Below are positions 48,937-58,612 of a stretch of 64,000 nucleotides of DNA, piece after piece (the stretch's first letter is position 1; each line of letters starts with the position of its first letter). The DNA comes from Kiritimatiellia bacterium (GTDB lineage Bacteria > Verrucomicrobiota > Kiritimatiellia > RFP12 > UBA1067): the NCBI GenBank assembly GCA_027858965.1, contig JAQIBS010000018.1, forward strand, positions 18,550 to 82,549, read 5' to 3'. Below the pieces are notes generated by a model. The model had not been told where the DNA came from, made no database searches, and worked only from the letters and a program-made list of their open reading frames with translations. Both the position numbers and the translations under genes were made by a program.

Positions 48937-49693
48937 ACTCTCGCATTCGCGCACTTCGTTTCTCTTCACACCTTGTATGGATGAATCCACGGTGTGCGGT
49001 ATTCCCGTTTCAGAAGTGTCGACGCTGATGGGTTGTTAACAATCTGTTCTTTTTCAGGGTTCCAGTTGACAACAGAATTGGTTTCATAGGCAATCATGGC
49101 AAGTTGGACTGTTGTTGTGGATTGGTAGCCCTGATCTATCTGGCAGCTTGAATTACCTTTCCGATTTTACCACTCGCTATAGCCTCTTTGACCTGTTGAT
49201 AGGCTGGGCTCTGTCGACGCTGGAATCCAATCTGGACAATACGGTCGGAGGCCTTGACGGCATCAACCATGGCGCGTCCTTCGCGAATGTCATAGGCCAG
49301 CGGTTTTTCGCAGTAGACATCAAGGTCTTTTTTAAGGCAGGCTATCAATTGCATTGCATGCCATTGCGGTGGGGTGCCAATAATAACAGCATCCATATTG
49401 CCAGCAGCAAGCATCTCTTTATATAGCTTGAACTCTGCTGGTCGTTTCCCTTGCAGCTTTTCCAGTTCAGCTGCACTTTTTTTCAGGTGTTCGCTATCTA
49501 TATCACAGATGGCTGTAATTTCAACGCTACCGGATTTCAGGGCCGCTTTGGCATCAACCATCCCATACCATCCAACACCGATGACTCCAATGCGGATTGT
49601 TTTTTTATTTGATTGAGCTAGTGCATTTGCGCTGGAGAGGGCAATCGTCCCTATAGCGGCTGATCCTAAAAAATTTCTGCGCGTGCTGTTCAT
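48937..49693 (-). pseudogene. Gfo/Idh/MocA-family oxidoreductase with a TAT signal. It is frameshifted and internally deleted: a Rossmann N-terminus joins directly to the extreme C-terminus.
   Basis: N-terminal 'RRNFLGSAAIG...IRIGVIGVGWYG' (49136-49693). After a stop near 49136 a different frame continues as '...LAMIAYETNSVVNWNPEKEQIVNNPSASTLLKREYRTPWIHPYKV*', the typical family C-terminus. The central domain of about 150 aa is absent. Confidence 0.5.
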
Positions 49694-49805
49694 TCAGTAA
49701 ATTCCTTTATGTTAGCCATATTATAGCAAATTATTAGGTCTTTATCATCTTGTTTTTGTGCAATTAAAGGAAAAGGGGCGCATCTGCGAATCGTCCTAAA
49801 CTCTT

Positions 49806-49852
49806 GCATTCTACGTGTCAGGGCGTAGGCTTGGCGGAGACTGATGGGATGC
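49806..49852 (+). repeat. Second copy of the 42483-42530 repeat.
   Basis: Sequence comparison. Confidence 0.65.
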
Positions 49853-50090
49853 TATTAAAAAAAATGATAATTATTAAGGTTTAGAGTGGCGCAAAGCGAA
49901 GGGTTTTGATATTATTTTTACCTTCTTGTCCCAGATAGGGGCATTTGCAGGGTGTGTTTCTTCCGGTCGGGTGACCGGTAAACTAAACGCTACCCTATTT
50001 TTATTAACACTTAAAACGTCTGAGTGAAGAGCGTTGATTTTATGCAAAATCAGCAATGGTTCTCTTTAACCAGATTGGAAACCCATTCAT

Positions 50091-51836
50091 ATGGCAATTC
50101 GTAAACCCCAAGCTGCAAAACCCAAAACCGGTCCAATGTACGAGGCAATGGAGGCAGCTCTGAGCGAGCAGATGAATCAGTTCGTTGCAAACTCAATCAT
50201 TAAGGGTAAAGTCAGTGGTATCAAAGGTAATGAAGTACTGATTGATATCGGCTATAAATCTGAAGGTATCATTAACGCTAACGAGTTTGAAGATATATCA
50301 ACTATAAACGTTGGTGATGTTGTTGATGTCCTGCTTGTAGAGCTTGAGAGCGACAACGGCATGGTTAACCTCAGCAAGGGACGCGCTGACGAGAAGCTAC
50401 GCTGGGATGCAGTATTAGAGAAGTATACAGAGGGTGGCGTTGTTACTGGTATTATCCGTAGTAAAGTGCGCGGTGGCCTGATCGTTGATGTAGATGGCGT
50501 TGATGCATTTCTGCCGGGTTCTCAGGTTGATGTGACACCTGTTTCAGATGTCGACGCATTCGTAGGTAAAAGTTTTGAATTTAAAGTTATCAAGATCAGC
50601 AATGAGCGCAGGAACATTATTGTCTCCCGTCGTGAGCTGGTTGAAGAGCGCATGGCTGATAAAAAACGCGAGCTGCTTGCTTCCATTGAAAAGGGACAGA
50701 CTCGTAATGGCCGCGTAAAGAATATCACCGACTTCGGTGCGTTTGTTGATCTGACAGGTCTGGATGGTCTGCTGCATATCACAGATATGAGCTGGGGCCG
50801 TATCAAGCATCCGTCTGAAATGCTTAAGGTTGGTCAGGAAATCGATGTGATGATCCTGGACGTTGATATGGATCGCGAACGCGTATCACTTGGCCTGAAA
50901 CAGGCTACACCTAATCCCTGGCAGGATATCGAAGGTAACTTCCCGATTGGCAGCCGCCTGCGTGGCAAGGTTGTTAACCTTGTGCCTTACGGTGCGTTTG
51001 TTGAAATTCAGCCTGGTATTGAAGGACTGGTTCACGTATCTGAGTTCTCCTGGACCAAACGTGTTGCCCGCGCCTCTGATGTATTGGCTTGTGGTGATGA
51101 GGTTGACGTGGTTGTTCTGAGCATTGATGCAGATAACCAGAAGATTGCTCTTGGTATCCGCCAGACAGAGGATAACCCTTGGGACACCGTGCAGGATCGT
51201 TATCCTGTTGGCAGCCGTATCAGCGGCAAGGTCCGCAACTTCACAACTTACGGTGCATTCGTTGAGTTGGAAGAGGGTATTGACGGTATGATTCACGTTT
51301 CCGATATGTCTTGGACACGTAAGATCAATCATCCTAGCGAGGTCCTGCAGAAGGGTCAGCAGGTAGATGCTGTTGTTCTTGAGGTTAACCCTGGTGATCA
51401 GCGTATCAGCCTTGGATTGAAACAGGCTAGCGATGATCCATGGAACACAATTACCACCCGTTTTGCAATCGGTCAGATTGTTAAGGGCAGTGTTTCCAAG
51501 ATCGCTTCATTCGGTGCATTCGTTGAGCTGGAAGATGGCGTTGATGGTCTGGTTCATATCTCACAGATTTCTGATCAGCACATTGAAAAGGTTAAAGATG
51601 CTCTTAAGGTCGGTGACGATGTTGAAGCCCGTATCGTTAAGATCGATAGTGAAGAACGTCGTATCGGTTTGAGTATCAAAGCTGTTAACATGGATGAGAC
51701 CGAGGTTGAAGAGTTGACCCGTGATCTGAATGTTATAGATCTGAAACCTGGTGAAAACCTGGTTGGTCTGGCTGCTGCATTCGATGATGCTTTCGCACAG
51801 AGCGAAAGCGAAGAGTGGCATCCTGGCGATCAGTAA
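50091..51836 (+). CDS. rpsA: 30S ribosomal protein S1 (six S1 domains).
   Basis: Repeated S1 domains ('GKVSGIKGNEVLIDIGYKSEGII', 'GRVKNITDFGAFVDL', ...). 581 aa. Long 5' leader. Confidence 0.9.
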   Translation: MAIRKPQAAKPKTGPMYEAMEAALSEQMNQFVANSIIKGKVSGIKGNEVLIDIGYKSEGIINANEFEDISTINVGDVVDVLLVELESDNGMVNLSKGRADEKLRWDAVLEKYTEGGVVTGIIRSKVRGGLIVDVDGVDAFLPGSQVDVTPVSDVDAFVGKSFEFKVIKISNERRNIIVSRRELVEERMADKKRELLASIEKGQTRNGRVKNITDFGAFVDLTGLDGLLHITDMSWGRIKHPSEMLKVGQEIDVMILDVDMDRERVSLGLKQATPNPWQDIEGNFPIGSRLRGKVVNLVPYGAFVEIQPGIEGLVHVSEFSWTKRVARASDVLACGDEVDVVVLSIDADNQKIALGIRQTEDNPWDTVQDRYPVGSRISGKVRNFTTYGAFVELEEGIDGMIHVSDMSWTRKINHPSEVLQKGQQVDAVVLEVNPGDQRISLGLKQASDDPWNTITTRFAIGQIVKGSVSKIASFGAFVELEDGVDGLVHISQISDQHIEKVKDALKVGDDVEARIVKIDSEERRIGLSIKAVNMDETEVEELTRDLNVIDLKPGENLVGLAAAFDDAFAQSESEEWHPGDQ

Positions 51837-51844
51837 TCGTTTCT

Positions 51845-51882
51845 GAAAAAAGGGCGTCTGGCAACAGACGCCCCTTTTTTTT
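51845..51882 (+). terminator. Rho-independent terminator.
   Basis: 'aaaaaagggcgtctg gcaa cagacgccc ctttttttt'. Confidence 0.8.
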
Positions 51883-51905
51883 GACTTATATTTTTTTATT
51901 GTAAC

Positions 51906-51932
51906 CACAAAGAACACAAAGAACACAAAGAA
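51906..51932. repeat. Tandem 9-bp repeat (CACAAAGAA)x3 ending 1 nt before the tyrS ATG.
   Basis: 'ccacaaagaacacaaagaacacaaagaaaATG'. Confidence 0.8.
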
Positions 51933-51933
51933 A

Positions 51934-53208
51934 ATGGCGAACGTATTACAAACTTTCAAGGACCGTTACCTTTTTGAAGATATGACCAGCCCTGACCTGG
52001 AAAAGCTGCTGGACAGCCCCACTACAGTTTATGCAGGATTCGATCCGACGGCCGAGAGTCTGCAGGCTGGTAATTTTGTAACGATTATGGCTTTGGCTCA
52101 CCTGCAGCGGCAGGGCCATAAGGTCATTGCTTTGGTTGGCGGTGCTACCGGCCTTATTGGCGACCCCTCCGGCAAGTCAAAGGAGCGTAATCTCCTGACT
52201 TCACTAACAGTGGAACGCAATCTTGAGGGCATCAAAGAGAATCTTTCCCGGTTTTTGAATTTTGATCCTGACTCCGGAAATCCCGCCATCATGGTAAATA
52301 ACTATGACTGGTTTAAGGATCTCTCTTTTGTTGATATCCTGCGCGATGTCGGTCGTTTCTTTCGCATGACCCAGATGCTCAGTAAGGAGAGTGTTAAGAA
52401 ACGCCTCGACTCAGACGAAGGTATGAGCTTTACCGAGTTCTGCTACCAGATTCTGCAGGGCTACGATTTCTATCATCTCTATAAAGAGTATGGATGTCGC
52501 ATGCAGATTGGTGGTACGGATCAGTGGGGTAATATCACTGCCGGAACTGATCTGGTTCGTAAGCTTGCCGGGGTAGAAGTTTATGGTATGACCTTTCCGC
52601 TGGTATGCGACAGCAATGGCAATAAATTTGGCAAAAGCGAAGGCAATGCGGTTTATCTCGATGCTGATAAAACCTCGTATTATGATTTCTATCAGTTCTT
52701 CATGCGTACGCTTGACTCTGATACGGTTCGCTATCTAAAGATATTTACATTCCTCTCGGATGAACGGATTGATGAGCTGGCCAAGTGCGTTGAGAGTGAA
52801 CCTGAACGCCGTGAAGCGCAGAAGGTGCTGGCGGAAGAGTTGACCCGCTGTGTGCATGGAGAGAAGGGATTTAACATTGCTTTGAAGGCAACTGAAGTTC
52901 TCTTCGGTGGTTCTCTTGAAGGACTCGGCGCTGAGGATCTGGAAAAGATTTTTTCCAATGTTCCCTCTGGAACTCTCAATTGCGATGAGGTGATTGGCAA
53001 ACCCGCATTCGAAGTGATCGCCGCTGCTAAAATGACTAACAGTAAGGGCGATGCCCGTCGCTTGGTTCAGCAGGGTGGCCTGAGTATCAATAATGTCAAG
53101 GCCGCTGGACTTGAGCGGAAAATCAGCACCGATGATCTGATAGAAAATCGCCTGATGGTTCTGCGAAGTGGTAAGAAAAAATTCTTCCTGCTTAAAGTAG
53201 AAGGTTGA
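51934..53208 (+). CDS. tyrS: Tyrosine--tRNA ligase.
   Basis: 'GFDPTAESLQAGN', 'KFGKSEGNAV' (KMSKS-type), C-terminal S4-like domain. Confidence 0.85.
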   Translation: MANVLQTFKDRYLFEDMTSPDLEKLLDSPTTVYAGFDPTAESLQAGNFVTIMALAHLQRQGHKVIALVGGATGLIGDPSGKSKERNLLTSLTVERNLEGIKENLSRFLNFDPDSGNPAIMVNNYDWFKDLSFVDILRDVGRFFRMTQMLSKESVKKRLDSDEGMSFTEFCYQILQGYDFYHLYKEYGCRMQIGGTDQWGNITAGTDLVRKLAGVEVYGMTFPLVCDSNGNKFGKSEGNAVYLDADKTSYYDFYQFFMRTLDSDTVRYLKIFTFLSDERIDELAKCVESEPERREAQKVLAEELTRCVHGEKGFNIALKATEVLFGGSLEGLGAEDLEKIFSNVPSGTLNCDEVIGKPAFEVIAAAKMTNSKGDARRLVQQGGLSINNVKAAGLERKISTDDLIENRLMVLRSGKKKFFLLKVEG

Positions 53209-53234
53209 AATAGTTTAAATGGTTGAATAAGTTA

Positions 53235-53268
53235 AAGGTCAGGCTTATGATTGTCTGACCTTATTTCA
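53235..53268 (+). terminator. Probable terminator hairpin.
   Basis: 'aaggtcag gcttatgattgt ctgacctt attt'. Confidence 0.45.
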
Positions 53269-53336
53269 ACCACTTTAACCTCTTCAACCACTTTAACCTC
53301 TTCAACCTCTTTAACCTTTTTAACCACTTTAACCTT
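53265..53336. repeat. Tandem 18-bp repeat x4 (ttcaaccactttaacctc and variants) in the leader of the Fe-S protein gene.
   Basis: Seen directly. It produces the artefactual TLTSSTTLTSS N-terminal extension in the ORF track. Confidence 0.8.
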
Positions 53337-53343
53337 TCTTACT

Positions 53344-54366
53344 ATGACAATCAACGGACAACAAGTAGAATTCATCGAAGGCGCAACTATCCTCTCAATT
53401 GCCACCGCTGCAGGCATTTACATACCTACGCTCTGTTATAAGGTGGGATTGCATCCCGCTGGTGGCTGCGGCGTTTGCGTAGTGGAAGATCTCGATACCG
53501 GTAAGATCATGCCCTCCTGCGCCACAGTGGCCATTGACTCGCTTAACCTCGACTCCAACTCGGATAAGGTAACCGCTATCCGCAACTCTGCTCTTGAACT
53601 TTTGCTCAGCGACCATCCTGCCGATTGCGAAGCTCCCTGCCGGATGGCCTGTCCATCAGGTTTGCCTGTTCAGAAGATGCTGGGACTTGTGGCAGAGCGC
53701 GATTGGGAAGATGCCAAAAACTTGGCACTGCAATATCCGTTTGTCTGTGGTGACTCTCTTTGTCAGACGCCCTGTGAAAAGGTATGTCGTCGTTCTAAGC
53801 TCGGTGGTCCTGTGGCTATCTGTGCAATTCATCGCATGCTCTGTGATGACGTAGCGGTTGATTCCGTGAAAAAGGAGCCGTCAACACATAAATTCCGCTC
53901 TCGTATGAAGGGTCTCTCTGATGAGCTTATGTTGGAGATGGCTGATGAAAAGGGATTGCGAATATATTCCTGCAGTACTCCGATTGATAAGGAACTCGCG
54001 GTGTATGAGGCCAGACGTTGTTTGCAGTGCGGCTGTGGCAGGCCGGATGATTGTGAACTGCGTGATCTCTGCGGTTCTCTGGGTGTGAAACAGGGCAATG
54101 CAACCGGAACAACGCGTGCCATTGTACGCGAGAGCGGAGCTTTTGGATTTAAGTTTAATAGTTCCCGTTGTATTCTTTGTGGACGCTGTGTACGAGAGAT
54201 GCAGCAGCACCCCAGCGACAAGATCGGCCCTGCCTATCATGGACGCGGTTTTGATGCCCGTATTGGACCACCGCTGGGTCGTACCTGGGATGATATGGAT
54301 CAGGAAACGGTGAACGCCTGTGTCGCAGTATGTCCCACCGGTGCAATGGTTGCTGAGAAGGGCTAA
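53344..54366 (+). CDS. Iron-sulfur protein with an N-terminal 2Fe-2S ferredoxin-like domain and 4Fe-4S / NuoG-type 'HPxDCxxPC' cluster motifs.
   Basis: 'MTINGQQVEF...GGCGVCVVED', 'SDHPADCEAPCRMACP', C-terminal 'CILCGRCV...CVAVCPTGA'. Start at ATG 53344, downstream of the tandem repeat. Confidence 0.55.
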   Translation: MTINGQQVEFIEGATILSIATAAGIYIPTLCYKVGLHPAGGCGVCVVEDLDTGKIMPSCATVAIDSLNLDSNSDKVTAIRNSALELLLSDHPADCEAPCRMACPSGLPVQKMLGLVAERDWEDAKNLALQYPFVCGDSLCQTPCEKVCRRSKLGGPVAICAIHRMLCDDVAVDSVKKEPSTHKFRSRMKGLSDELMLEMADEKGLRIYSCSTPIDKELAVYEARRCLQCGCGRPDDCELRDLCGSLGVKQGNATGTTRAIVRESGAFGFKFNSSRCILCGRCVREMQQHPSDKIGPAYHGRGFDARIGPPLGRTWDDMDQETVNACVAVCPTGAMVAEKG

Positions 54367-54525
54367 GATTGCCAGGACGAGCTTTTTGACCCGCTTCGCG
54401 GGCACGGCAATAGCCTCAAAAATCAAAGTCCTCGCAACCCAAACCCTCCTCCTTGTGGTTATGGGTTGAGGATATGCAGTTTAACCCCGCACACCTTGTT
54501 TTGTTGTTTAAGGAAAGACTATTAT

Positions 54526-56364
54526 ATGAAATTGATTAAGAATTTTTATTTAACGTATTTTTGTTTGGCTGTGGCTCTGGTTGTCGGAGGAGGGTGTATG
54601 CATGCATCCATACCTCTGACGGGACATTGGAAGATGACTGATGCCAAGGGGGCTGCGATTGTAACGGATAGTTCAGGGGAGGGGCATGATGCTGTTGTTG
54701 GTAAGGCTGTTGCCGTTGGGCTTGGTGCTAATAATAATGCGGTTGGGTTTTCAAATGACAAAGAGTCGTTTGCCTGCTTTGATTCTCCGTTTATGACCAA
54801 TCTGACCATTGCTGCCTGGGTAAAAGTCACAGGCATGGGGAATGTGGATAAACCTTATCCCCGGGTGATGGCGCTTCCCGGCTGTTATCTACATCTCGCT
54901 AAAGATCATGCGGGAAGGGTTACTTTGACATACGGTCATTCTCATCAAGGAAAAATGGGCTCATGGAGTGGATCAGGGGCTTTTTTCCTGACAAACAACT
55001 GGGCTCATGTGGCTGTAAGTTATGGAATAAACTCACCAGAAAAAAAACCGGTCTTTTATGTTAACGGTAAAATGCTGGATTTTGCAGCCGGAAAAAAGAC
55101 CGGGGCGTTTAAACCTATAAAGGAGGGAAAAGGTTTTATTGGAAATACATCCGCTGGAAACCGGCCTTTTTGTGGCTTGATGAGTGATGTGCGGCTCTAT
55201 GATGTTCTTCTTCCTGAAAAGGAGATTGCTGCGCTGGCTATGAAGACACCGGATAACAAAAAACCAATGGCATATAAAGAGTTGTTTAACGACCGTCTGC
55301 CGCTGGTGGATATTTCAGGGGATACGTACCGTCAGGTAGTGATTGCTGCTGGAACTCCTGAGATATATCAGGGACATCCTACTACCTTGCTGATGCCGGA
55401 TAAGAAGACGATGTTCTGTGTCTGGTGTATAAATCACGGAGGGCATGCCGGGCCGATGGCACGTAGCGATGATGGGGGTTTGACCTGGAAACGCTTGGAT
55501 GATACTCTCCCGTCCGAATTTATAAAACACCGCAATTGTCCCTCTATTTATCGAATTGTGGATAAGAAGGGAAAAGAGCGTCTGTGGATTTTCAGCAGCT
55601 CCCGTGGTATCGATCGCCTGATGAGTGAGGATGGTGGTAAAAGCTGGAAGGAGATGCCCCCGTTGGGATTTCCCTGCGGCATGCCCTTTACCGGTGTTGT
55701 TGCCCTTGCAGGGGGGCGTGCGGCCGCTTTCGGACAGATGCGTGCAGCAGCTGGTTCAAACGATCAGGGTGTGATGATGAGCATTACGGAGGATGGGGGG
55801 CTAACCTGGAGTAAGCCGCGGATTATTGCAAAGATGCCTGGCAAGAATCTTTGTGAACCCTTTGTTATTCGATCTCCAGATGGAAAAGAACTCTGCTGTC
55901 TGATTCGCGAGAATCACCATACAGCTAATAGCATGATGTGCTTTAGTCGAGATGAGGGAGAAACCTGGAGTGCTCCTGTGGATACATGCTGGGGTCTCTC
56001 CGGTGACCGCCATGTGGGGGTGCAGGCGCTGGATGGACGCTGGGTGATTGCGTTCAGGGACCGTGCTCTGGGTAGCTCAACCTACGGGCAGTTTGTTGCA
56101 TGGGTTGGTAGTTATGATGATATTCGTAATGCACGACCGGGCGATTTTAGAATCAGACTGCTAAACCACAGGGGTTCAGCGCGTGATGGATATGGCTGGG
56201 CTTATACAGATACCGGATATCCGGGAATGGAACTTTTGAAAGATGGAACAATTGTGGCGACAACCTATACTAAACACTGGGATGACAACCGTAAGCACTC
56301 GGTTGTCTGCACACGTTTTAAACTTGATGAGATTTCTAACAAAATAAAGAAGGAATACAAATAG
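54526..56364 (+). CDS. Exo-alpha-sialidase (GH33) lipoprotein with an N-terminal LamG-like domain.
   Basis: Asp-box repeats 'SDDGGLTW', 'SEDGGKSW', 'TEDGGLTW', 'SRDEGETW'. Lipobox 'VGGGC'. Start ATG 54526 after AAGGAAAGA. Confidence 0.7.
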   Translation: MKLIKNFYLTYFCLAVALVVGGGCMHASIPLTGHWKMTDAKGAAIVTDSSGEGHDAVVGKAVAVGLGANNNAVGFSNDKESFACFDSPFMTNLTIAAWVKVTGMGNVDKPYPRVMALPGCYLHLAKDHAGRVTLTYGHSHQGKMGSWSGSGAFFLTNNWAHVAVSYGINSPEKKPVFYVNGKMLDFAAGKKTGAFKPIKEGKGFIGNTSAGNRPFCGLMSDVRLYDVLLPEKEIAALAMKTPDNKKPMAYKELFNDRLPLVDISGDTYRQVVIAAGTPEIYQGHPTTLLMPDKKTMFCVWCINHGGHAGPMARSDDGGLTWKRLDDTLPSEFIKHRNCPSIYRIVDKKGKERLWIFSSSRGIDRLMSEDGGKSWKEMPPLGFPCGMPFTGVVALAGGRAAAFGQMRAAAGSNDQGVMMSITEDGGLTWSKPRIIAKMPGKNLCEPFVIRSPDGKELCCLIRENHHTANSMMCFSRDEGETWSAPVDTCWGLSGDRHVGVQALDGRWVIAFRDRALGSSTYGQFVAWVGSYDDIRNARPGDFRIRLLNHRGSARDGYGWAYTDTGYPGMELLKDGTIVATTYTKHWDDNRKHSVVCTRFKLDEISNKIKKEYK

Positions 56365-57288
56365 ATGAATGGTTTCAGATTAGAGGGGCTGGTGTCAGCT
56401 CCTTTCACACCGATGTTTGCAGATGGAACAGTTAACTATGAGACGATTGAGCAACAGGCAGCCTCATTGATTGCAAATGACATTACTGGTGCCTTTGTTT
56501 GCGGGACTACCGGTGAGAGTCTCTCGCTGACAGTTCCCGAACGGAATCTGATTGTTGAACGCTGGAAGGGATTTGTAGGAACCGAGCTGAAGCTGATTGC
56601 GCATGTGGGACATACCTCAGTTGAGGCTGCTAAAGAGCTGGCGGCACATGCTGAGGCTAATGGAGCGGATGCTATCGCCTGTATGGCACCCTGTTTTTTT
56701 AAGCCTTCAAAGGTTGAAGATCTGGTCGATTTCTGTGCAAAGGTGGCATCGGGTGCTCCCGCAACGCCTTTCTATTTTTACCAGATTCCTTGTATCACCG
56801 GTGTTGCGATTCCGATGTATGATTTTCTGACTTGCGCTTCAGATAAGATTCCTACTTTGACCGGAGTTAAGTTTACCTATGAGGATCTTATGGATTTTGC
56901 CCGATGCGTGCGTCTTGAAGATGGCCGTTATGATATGCTTTTTGGCCGCGATGAAATGATGCTTTCCGGTTTGGCAGTTGGGTCAAAAGGTGCAGTCGGT
57001 AGTACCTTTAATTATACCGCTCCTGTTTATCATATGATCAGAAAAGCCTATGACAGTGGTGATATGGCCCTGGCTCAGGAGTTGCAGGAGAAGGCCAATG
57101 CTATGATTGCCGTATTGATTAAACATGGTGGATCGCCTGCCACCGGTAAGGCTTTTATGAAGTATATCGGATTGGATTGCGGGGGCGTTCGTTCACCATT
57201 GCGATCGCTTACGGATGAACAATACCAGCAGCTGGCTGCCGACGCGGATGCTGTGGGATTGCGCGAATTCGCATCTCGACTTGCTTAG
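56365..57288 (+). CDS. DapA-family lyase, most likely N-acetylneuraminate lyase given the adjacent sialidase.
   Basis: 'AFVCGTTGESLSLT' DapA/NAL 'GTTGE' motif. Overlaps the sialidase stop, so co-transcribed. Confidence 0.6.
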   Translation: MNGFRLEGLVSAPFTPMFADGTVNYETIEQQAASLIANDITGAFVCGTTGESLSLTVPERNLIVERWKGFVGTELKLIAHVGHTSVEAAKELAAHAEANGADAIACMAPCFFKPSKVEDLVDFCAKVASGAPATPFYFYQIPCITGVAIPMYDFLTCASDKIPTLTGVKFTYEDLMDFARCVRLEDGRYDMLFGRDEMMLSGLAVGSKGAVGSTFNYTAPVYHMIRKAYDSGDMALAQELQEKANAMIAVLIKHGGSPATGKAFMKYIGLDCGGVRSPLRSLTDEQYQQLAADADAVGLREFASRLA

Positions 57289-57435
57289 CATCTTTCGCGT
57301 GGAATAAAGCAACTAAAGCTAAAATCGGAACAGCCGTCAACACTCGACCTTTTGAGGGCTGAAAATGATATAAGAACACGAAGAACACGGAATACACGAA
57401 GATATTAACCACAAAAAACACTAAAATCACGATAG

Positions 57436-57470
57436 CAAAGCCTGTGTTTTGAGCACAGGCTTGATTGTTA
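57436..57470. terminator. Bidirectional terminator hairpin between convergent genes.
   Basis: 'aagcctgtg ttttgag cacaggctt', T-rich on both strands. Confidence 0.5.
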
Positions 57471-57505
57471 TCGGTGGGTGGTTGTGTGCCGGGTTGTGAA
57501 TTAGT

Positions 57506-58450
57506 TTAGATATCGTCAGGTACTTCAATTCTGATAGTACGTCCTTTTATATTTTGTATCTCATCTTCATTATGATCAAGATCGCTACCGTGCAAGGTTC
57601 CTTTGTCAGAGAAGAACGGAACTTCAAATCCAACTCCACAGGATGGGCAATCAGATGATGATCCTGCCATATCGGTCGGTGCCTCAATCTCCTGTTTGCA
57701 GTTTTTGCAGAAAAAGGAGATCATGCGTTTAGGTTCGGTCTTTCTTTCCTCTTCAATTCCGAGTGATGCCAGATCAATTCGAATGGTCTGGTTTTTGCTG
57801 GAATCACTCTTTGGCGGTTCATCGCCATTAAGAGGTTTGTCGTTTTTTTCTTCCTGCGGAGCAAAGGGTGTGTTAAGTGAAGGTACGGTTTTTTTGGCAG
57901 CTTGCGGCATGCTTATAACTGATTTAGGCTCTTCTTTCGGTTTGGGTAGCGGTCCGCCATGCATGGTTCCAGGTTCAGATTTGTCTGGGATTATAATGAC
58001 TGTGTTACAAACCGGGCACTCCGACTTAACTCCCACAGCACCCATGGGGGCTTCAATTTCCTGGCCGCATTTTTTGCATCTGAAGGACACAGCCTTACTG
58101 AAATCATCATATATATCCGGTTCCTTTTTTTCGGAGGGAAGGTAGGTAATTAAATTTTTCTGAGGTGGGGTTACAGCATTTTTTGCTTTTTTAATAGGAC
58201 GTGTTCTTAGAGCATCATGCGCAGCAATGAGAATTTTTTCTCCCGTTTGAGGATTTCTCATTTTGCGTTCTTTACGCCTTATTACGTCCATTCTGCATAA
58301 TCCCGGTACTGTAAAACCTTTATTAGATGCTTCTCGATATGCAATAAACTGTAGTGCATCCAATACGAACCGAGATTTTTTTTGCGTTAAGCCAACAGTA
58401 AAGGCAATTTCCCGAACAAGATCTTGTTTAGTATAACTTTTTGTAATCAT
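57506..58450 (-). CDS. HU/IHF-like DNA-binding domain fused to two tandem zinc-ribbon modules, with a Pro/Lys-rich linker.
   Basis: 'FTVPGLCRMDVIRRKERKMRNPQTGEKILIAAHDALRTRPIKKAKNA' matches the HU/IHF arm. Two 'CKxCxQEIEAP...CPxC' modules. Start assumed at MITKSYTKQDLV (58450). Confidence 0.5.
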   Translation of the reverse strand: MITKSYTKQDLVREIAFTVGLTQKKSRFVLDALQFIAYREASNKGFTVPGLCRMDVIRRKERKMRNPQTGEKILIAAHDALRTRPIKKAKNAVTPPQKNLITYLPSEKKEPDIYDDFSKAVSFRCKKCGQEIEAPMGAVGVKSECPVCNTVIIIPDKSEPGTMHGGPLPKPKEEPKSVISMPQAAKKTVPSLNTPFAPQEEKNDKPLNGDEPPKSDSSKNQTIRIDLASLGIEEERKTEPKRMISFFCKNCKQEIEAPTDMAGSSSDCPSCGVGFEVPFFSDKGTLHGSDLDHNEDEIQNIKGRTIRIEVPDDI

Positions 58451-58612
58451 CAATAGCATCCCTGATTTGTTAATAAAATTATTTTTAAAGCAGGTTTCGT
58501 GCCATGGTATTTTTTCGGTGTAATAAAAGTGGCATGAATATTGCATAAATTGATGTTGTTTAAAACACATCTGATTCAATATTATTGTGAATAAAAATTT
58601 AAGGATAGTTTT

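Noticed and set aside
53251-53343. N-terminal TLTSSTTLTSS extension of the Fe-S protein in the ORF track
   Set aside because: It is encoded by an 18-bp tandem DNA repeat. A proper start (MTINGQQVEF) exists at 53344. The extension is treated as leader, though alternative initiation is noted as a finding.
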